Position numbers and translations under genes: made by a program. From the NCBI GenBank assembly GCA_963835065.1, contig CAWIEK010000003.1:1-64000 (forward strand): DNA of 64,000 nt, in the 5' to 3' direction. Below the pieces are notes generated by a model. The model searched no databases and had not been told where the DNA came from. It saw only the letters and a program-made list of their open reading frames with translations. Source of the stretch: an uncultured Chthonomonadaceae bacterium (GTDB taxonomy: Bacteria; Armatimonadota; Chthonomonadetes; Chthonomonadales; Chthonomonadaceae). Below are positions 60,978-64,000 of the stretch, one piece after another; the stretch's first letter is position 1; each line of letters starts with the position of its first letter.

Positions 60978-61853
60978 TTAGAAGTTGTTACCGGTCCATT
61001 TGGCGCCCGCGTTGTCCTGGCCTGGGATCATGTACGTGTTGCACGGGTAGGTATGCTCGAACCAGTTGTTGCCGCCACCCTGGAAGTACATGGCGGTTCC
61101 TTTAACCGCGTCAATCGGCTTGTCGCCCGTCGGGGAGAACTTGAAGTATTTCACGTGACCATCCGCGTGAACCACCTGGCCGCCGCCGTTATGGCGCGGC
61201 AGGCCCCAGGTAAAGCCCTGCCAGGTCAGCCAACCTGATACCAGGCTGGCGTTACAGCCGAACGTGGTGTCTTCGAGCAGCCAGGGAGTATTGGGCCGGC
61301 CTTTATAGTCCACGCCATCCACGCCGCCCCAGTCCGAGTGCCCATCCAGGAGCATCCAGGTTGTCGCAGGCGCTGATACGCCGGCGAGCTTGACGGGGGT
61401 ACGATGCCTGCCTGCCGCGTCATCATAGCCAGGCGATAACTGGTTGTTGTAGATGTAGTTGACGGGGTTGATATTCCAATCGGTGTGCTGCGGATTGTTC
61501 GGGTCTTCATCCAGGTCGGTGGTTTCCGGGCACTGGAACACGCCCTTGGACTTGACGTAAGGCTGAACGGTGTTTTGCCAGTCCCAGGTTCCGTAGTTAC
61601 CACCCTGCAGCCCTGTCTTATCAACGCGCCAGCCGCCGAAGGGATAGCGCTCGTCGAAATCCTGCACATACATCAGCATGCTCAAGCCCAGTTGCTTGAG
61701 GTTGCTGCTACAGGACGCCTGCCGCGCTTTGGCGCGCGCCTGCGCGAAGACGGGGAACAGAATGGCCGCCAGAATAGCGATAATGGCGATCACGACGAGC
61801 AGTTCGATCAGGGTAAAACCGCCGCGTTGGCGATAGCTCTTGCTGCGTTGCAT
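60978..61853 (-). CDS. Prepilin-type N-terminal cleavage / DUF1559 / H-X9-DG protein
   Basis: [30 protein letters not shown]. Confidence 0.92.
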   Translation of the reverse strand: MQRSKSYRQRGGFTLIELLVVIAIIAILAAILFPVFAQARAKARQASCSSNLKQLGLSMLMYVQDFDERYPFGGWRVDKTGLQGGNYGTWDWQNTVQPYVKSKGVFQCPETTDLDEDPNNPQHTDWNINPVNYIYNNQLSPGYDDAAGRHRTPVKLAGVSAPATTWMLLDGHSDWGGVDGVDYKGRPNTPWLLEDTTFGCNASLVSGWLTWQGFTWGLPRHNGGGQVVHADGHVKYFKFSPTGDKPIDAVKGTAMYFQGGGNNWFEHTYPCNTYMIPGQDNAGAKWTGNNF

Positions 61854-61926
61854 TTCACTTTCCTTTCCTTGTCTCAGGAACATATTAAAACATCAGACGA
61901 ACTTCTTCATCAAGAGAAGTTTTTCT

Positions 61927-62208
61927 CTATCTGCCGGGACCACCGGAGGATGCCGGCCCGCCGGAACTGCCCGGTCCACCCGACATTGGGCCGCCGGAAC
62001 CGCCCGGCCCCCCGGAACGTCCGGGACCGCCCGAACCACCGGGGCCACCCGAACCGCTGGAACCGGGCGTAAAGCCCGCGGGCGCGTTTTTGTACGGGTT
62101 TTCGCCCCCCCCGCCATTGCTGATAGTTTTGCGGGCAAAAAAGATAATTACAAGTAAGAGAACGACAACGGCTCCGATGATCATTGCAGGATTTACTTCT
62201 TGCTTCAA
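61927..62208 (-). CDS. Small TM-anchored Gly/Ser/Pro-repeat protein
   Basis: TTG start after GGGGGTGAG; hydrophobic helix followed by (SGGPG)n. Confidence 0.6.
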   Translation of the reverse strand: MKQEVNPAMIIGAVVVLLLVIIFFARKTISNGGGGENPYKNAPAGFTPGSSGSGGPGGSGGPGRSGGPGGSGGPMSGGPGSSGGPASSGGPGR

Positions 62209-62520
62209 GGTCTCACCCCCTTTTCCTGGTATAAACGCCGCGTTTTCTCTGCTGAAAATCGCGTTTTCTCTGCATGGATCTCCCGCTGCAGAACTGCGCT
62301 TCTGAAAGTTTGTGTCCATTCCTCCATGCGCACATGCGCGTTCATGCACTCATCATAGCACAGGTAGGCATACTTTTCAATACCTTACACGAGTTATCCT
62401 GCATAATGAGTGGAAAAATCAAAAAATTTTTCCGCGCCCCCCCTGATTTTAACGTTTCTGGCGGAATATGCCGTAATAATACCAGGTATGTACGAGGGAA
62501 GCAGGGCGCCAGGGCTTTCT

Positions 62521-62590
62521 GCGTTGGGTATTTTCATACCCAACGCCGCGATACAGAAAGTTGACATTTCTGAGGACACAGTGTTATCAT
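62521..62590 (+). promoter_or_regulatory. Inverted repeat (candidate operator) plus sigma70-like promoter in the divergent intergenic region
   Basis: GCGTTGGGTA-N6-TACCCAACGC; TTGACA(62561)-N18-TATCAT. Confidence 0.5.
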
Positions 62591-62729
62591 GGAAGAAAGA
62601 AAAACGCGCATGCTCCTGCGCCTCGCTGGAGTTTATCTCCCTCTGGAGTTTATCTCCCATAATGCTTGATGACATTCTATGCCACTTAGAAATTCACGCG
62701 CCAACTTACCGGAAACGTTTTTCCATCGA

Positions 62730-63899
62730 ATGGCTGTTTCCGTCCGTATATTAGGCAGCGGCCTGGCCCTTTCCTTCCTGCTGCTCCTGGCCCTGACCGC
62801 CTGCCACCGCAGCCCGCCGGCTGCGCCGATTGGGGGAAACGCGCCGGCTGTTGTGCCGGACGCGGAGGGGTATGTCGGCAACAGCGCCTGCGCGTCCTGC
62901 CATCCCGGCGAATTTAAGCAGCATCAGGGAAGCCGCCATGCGCTGACCATGCGCGCGGCGGATACCGGTTCGCTGGGCGCGATGGCTCCCGCACCCGGCG
63001 CGATTCCTCTGGCGGGCTACGCGCTTGCCGCCCCGTCAGGCCGGCTGACGCTGACCCGCGCGATTGCTCCCGTCGGCCCCGTCCCGCTTGATCTGGCGCT
63101 TGGCTCCGGCAAAGTGGGAATTACCTTTATTTCCCTGCAAGGCAAGGACTCGCTCCTGGAAGCGCGCATGAGCTACTTCCCGGAAGGCAGGCAATGGGAC
63201 TTTACGCCGGGGCAGGAAGCCAAAAACGAGAAAGATACCGTGTTCGGGCGCATACATCAGGGCGATATAGACGCGCGCCGTTGTGTGCATTGCCACTCGG
63301 TCACGCTGCCGCCGGATGACCTCCGGCCCGATCCGAAATTCTACGGCGTGGGCTGCGAATCCTGTCATGGGCCGGGCAAAGCGCATATTGACGCCATGCG
63401 CGCGGGCGATTTGGCTCACATTGCAATGCAGGATTTAAGCAAACTGCCTTCCGGCCAACTCAACGATTTGTGCGGCAAATGCCACCGCTCGCTCAAGGAT
63501 ATTGAGTTAGACACGACGGCAGGCTCCCTGACGCACCGTTTTCAGCCGTATGCGCTGGTACGCAGCCGCTGCCGCAACAGCGACGGCAGCGTTCTGTCGT
63601 GCATGACCTGCCATTCCCCGCATACCAACGTCAGCCTGGACATGAAAAAGCACGAGCAGGAGTGCCTGCAGTGCCACACGAGCGGGCAGGCGCTCCCTTC
63701 CAAACCGGGCGCGGCTGTCGTGGTGGGTACGGCCTGCCCCGTGAATGCGAAAACCGGCTGCATCCCCTGCCACATGCGCGACAGGCAATCGTTCCCCGGC
63801 CTCTTTTGGAAGCCGATGGTAGACCATCTGATTTCCATAGACCCCAATAAAAGCCGCAGCAAGCCGCCCAACCACCCTACGGCAAGCGCTACAAAATAG
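62730..63899 (+). CDS. Multiheme c-type cytochrome lipoprotein (c554-like)
   Basis: Seven CxxCH motifs (CASCH, CVHCH, CESCH, CGKCH, CMTCH, CLQCH, CIPCH); lipobox LTAC. Confidence 0.9.
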   Translation: MAVSVRILGSGLALSFLLLLALTACHRSPPAAPIGGNAPAVVPDAEGYVGNSACASCHPGEFKQHQGSRHALTMRAADTGSLGAMAPAPGAIPLAGYALAAPSGRLTLTRAIAPVGPVPLDLALGSGKVGITFISLQGKDSLLEARMSYFPEGRQWDFTPGQEAKNEKDTVFGRIHQGDIDARRCVHCHSVTLPPDDLRPDPKFYGVGCESCHGPGKAHIDAMRAGDLAHIAMQDLSKLPSGQLNDLCGKCHRSLKDIELDTTAGSLTHRFQPYALVRSRCRNSDGSVLSCMTCHSPHTNVSLDMKKHEQECLQCHTSGQALPSKPGAAVVVGTACPVNAKTGCIPCHMRDRQSFPGLFWKPMVDHLISIDPNKSRSKPPNHPTASATK

Positions 63900-64000
63900 G
63901 CATACGCAGAACCATTTGTTTCAAAGGTTGTGCGCTTGCCGAATTGTGGCGAGCAGTCCCTCGGTGGCCTGATTGACAAGCGCGTACACTTCGGCGTATC

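Overview
Bacterial chromosomal window with GC-rich codon usage. An Armatimonadota-like host is inferred from the DUF1559/H-X9-DG prepilin-like genes, a PEP-CTERM tail and ASPIC/UnbV proteins. It contains housekeeping and sugar genes (rhamnosidase, YjhG/YagF dehydratase, phosphoketolase, deoC, trpB/trpA, folC, Sua5, obg, greA, rtcA) and a PAS/GAF hybrid kinase-receiver-adenylate cyclase operon. Accessory content includes toxin-antitoxin loci (ParDE, AbiE), a decayed IS605-family tnpB, many short tandem repeats and long palindromes. The most notable unexplained signal is a dispersed element present three times (about 115-397 +, 19929-20154 -, 35506-35731 -). Each copy has an ECF-sigma-type promoter, a 5' hairpin, a strong Shine-Dalgarno, an 8-9 codon micro-ORF ending R-[S/P]-P-UGA, a highly conserved ~110-nt non-coding segment and a U-tract. 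Other highlights: an AT-richer HNH-TPR-GreA/B-C-PIN putative defence gene flanked by a duplicated gene 3' end; an orphan AsnB-like/radical SAM/halogenase-like/methyltransferase cluster; and a prepilin-TPR-ASPIC/UnbV-multiheme cytochrome locus. Several single frameshifts suggest assembly indel errors. All calls come from manual motif reading, with no database searches.
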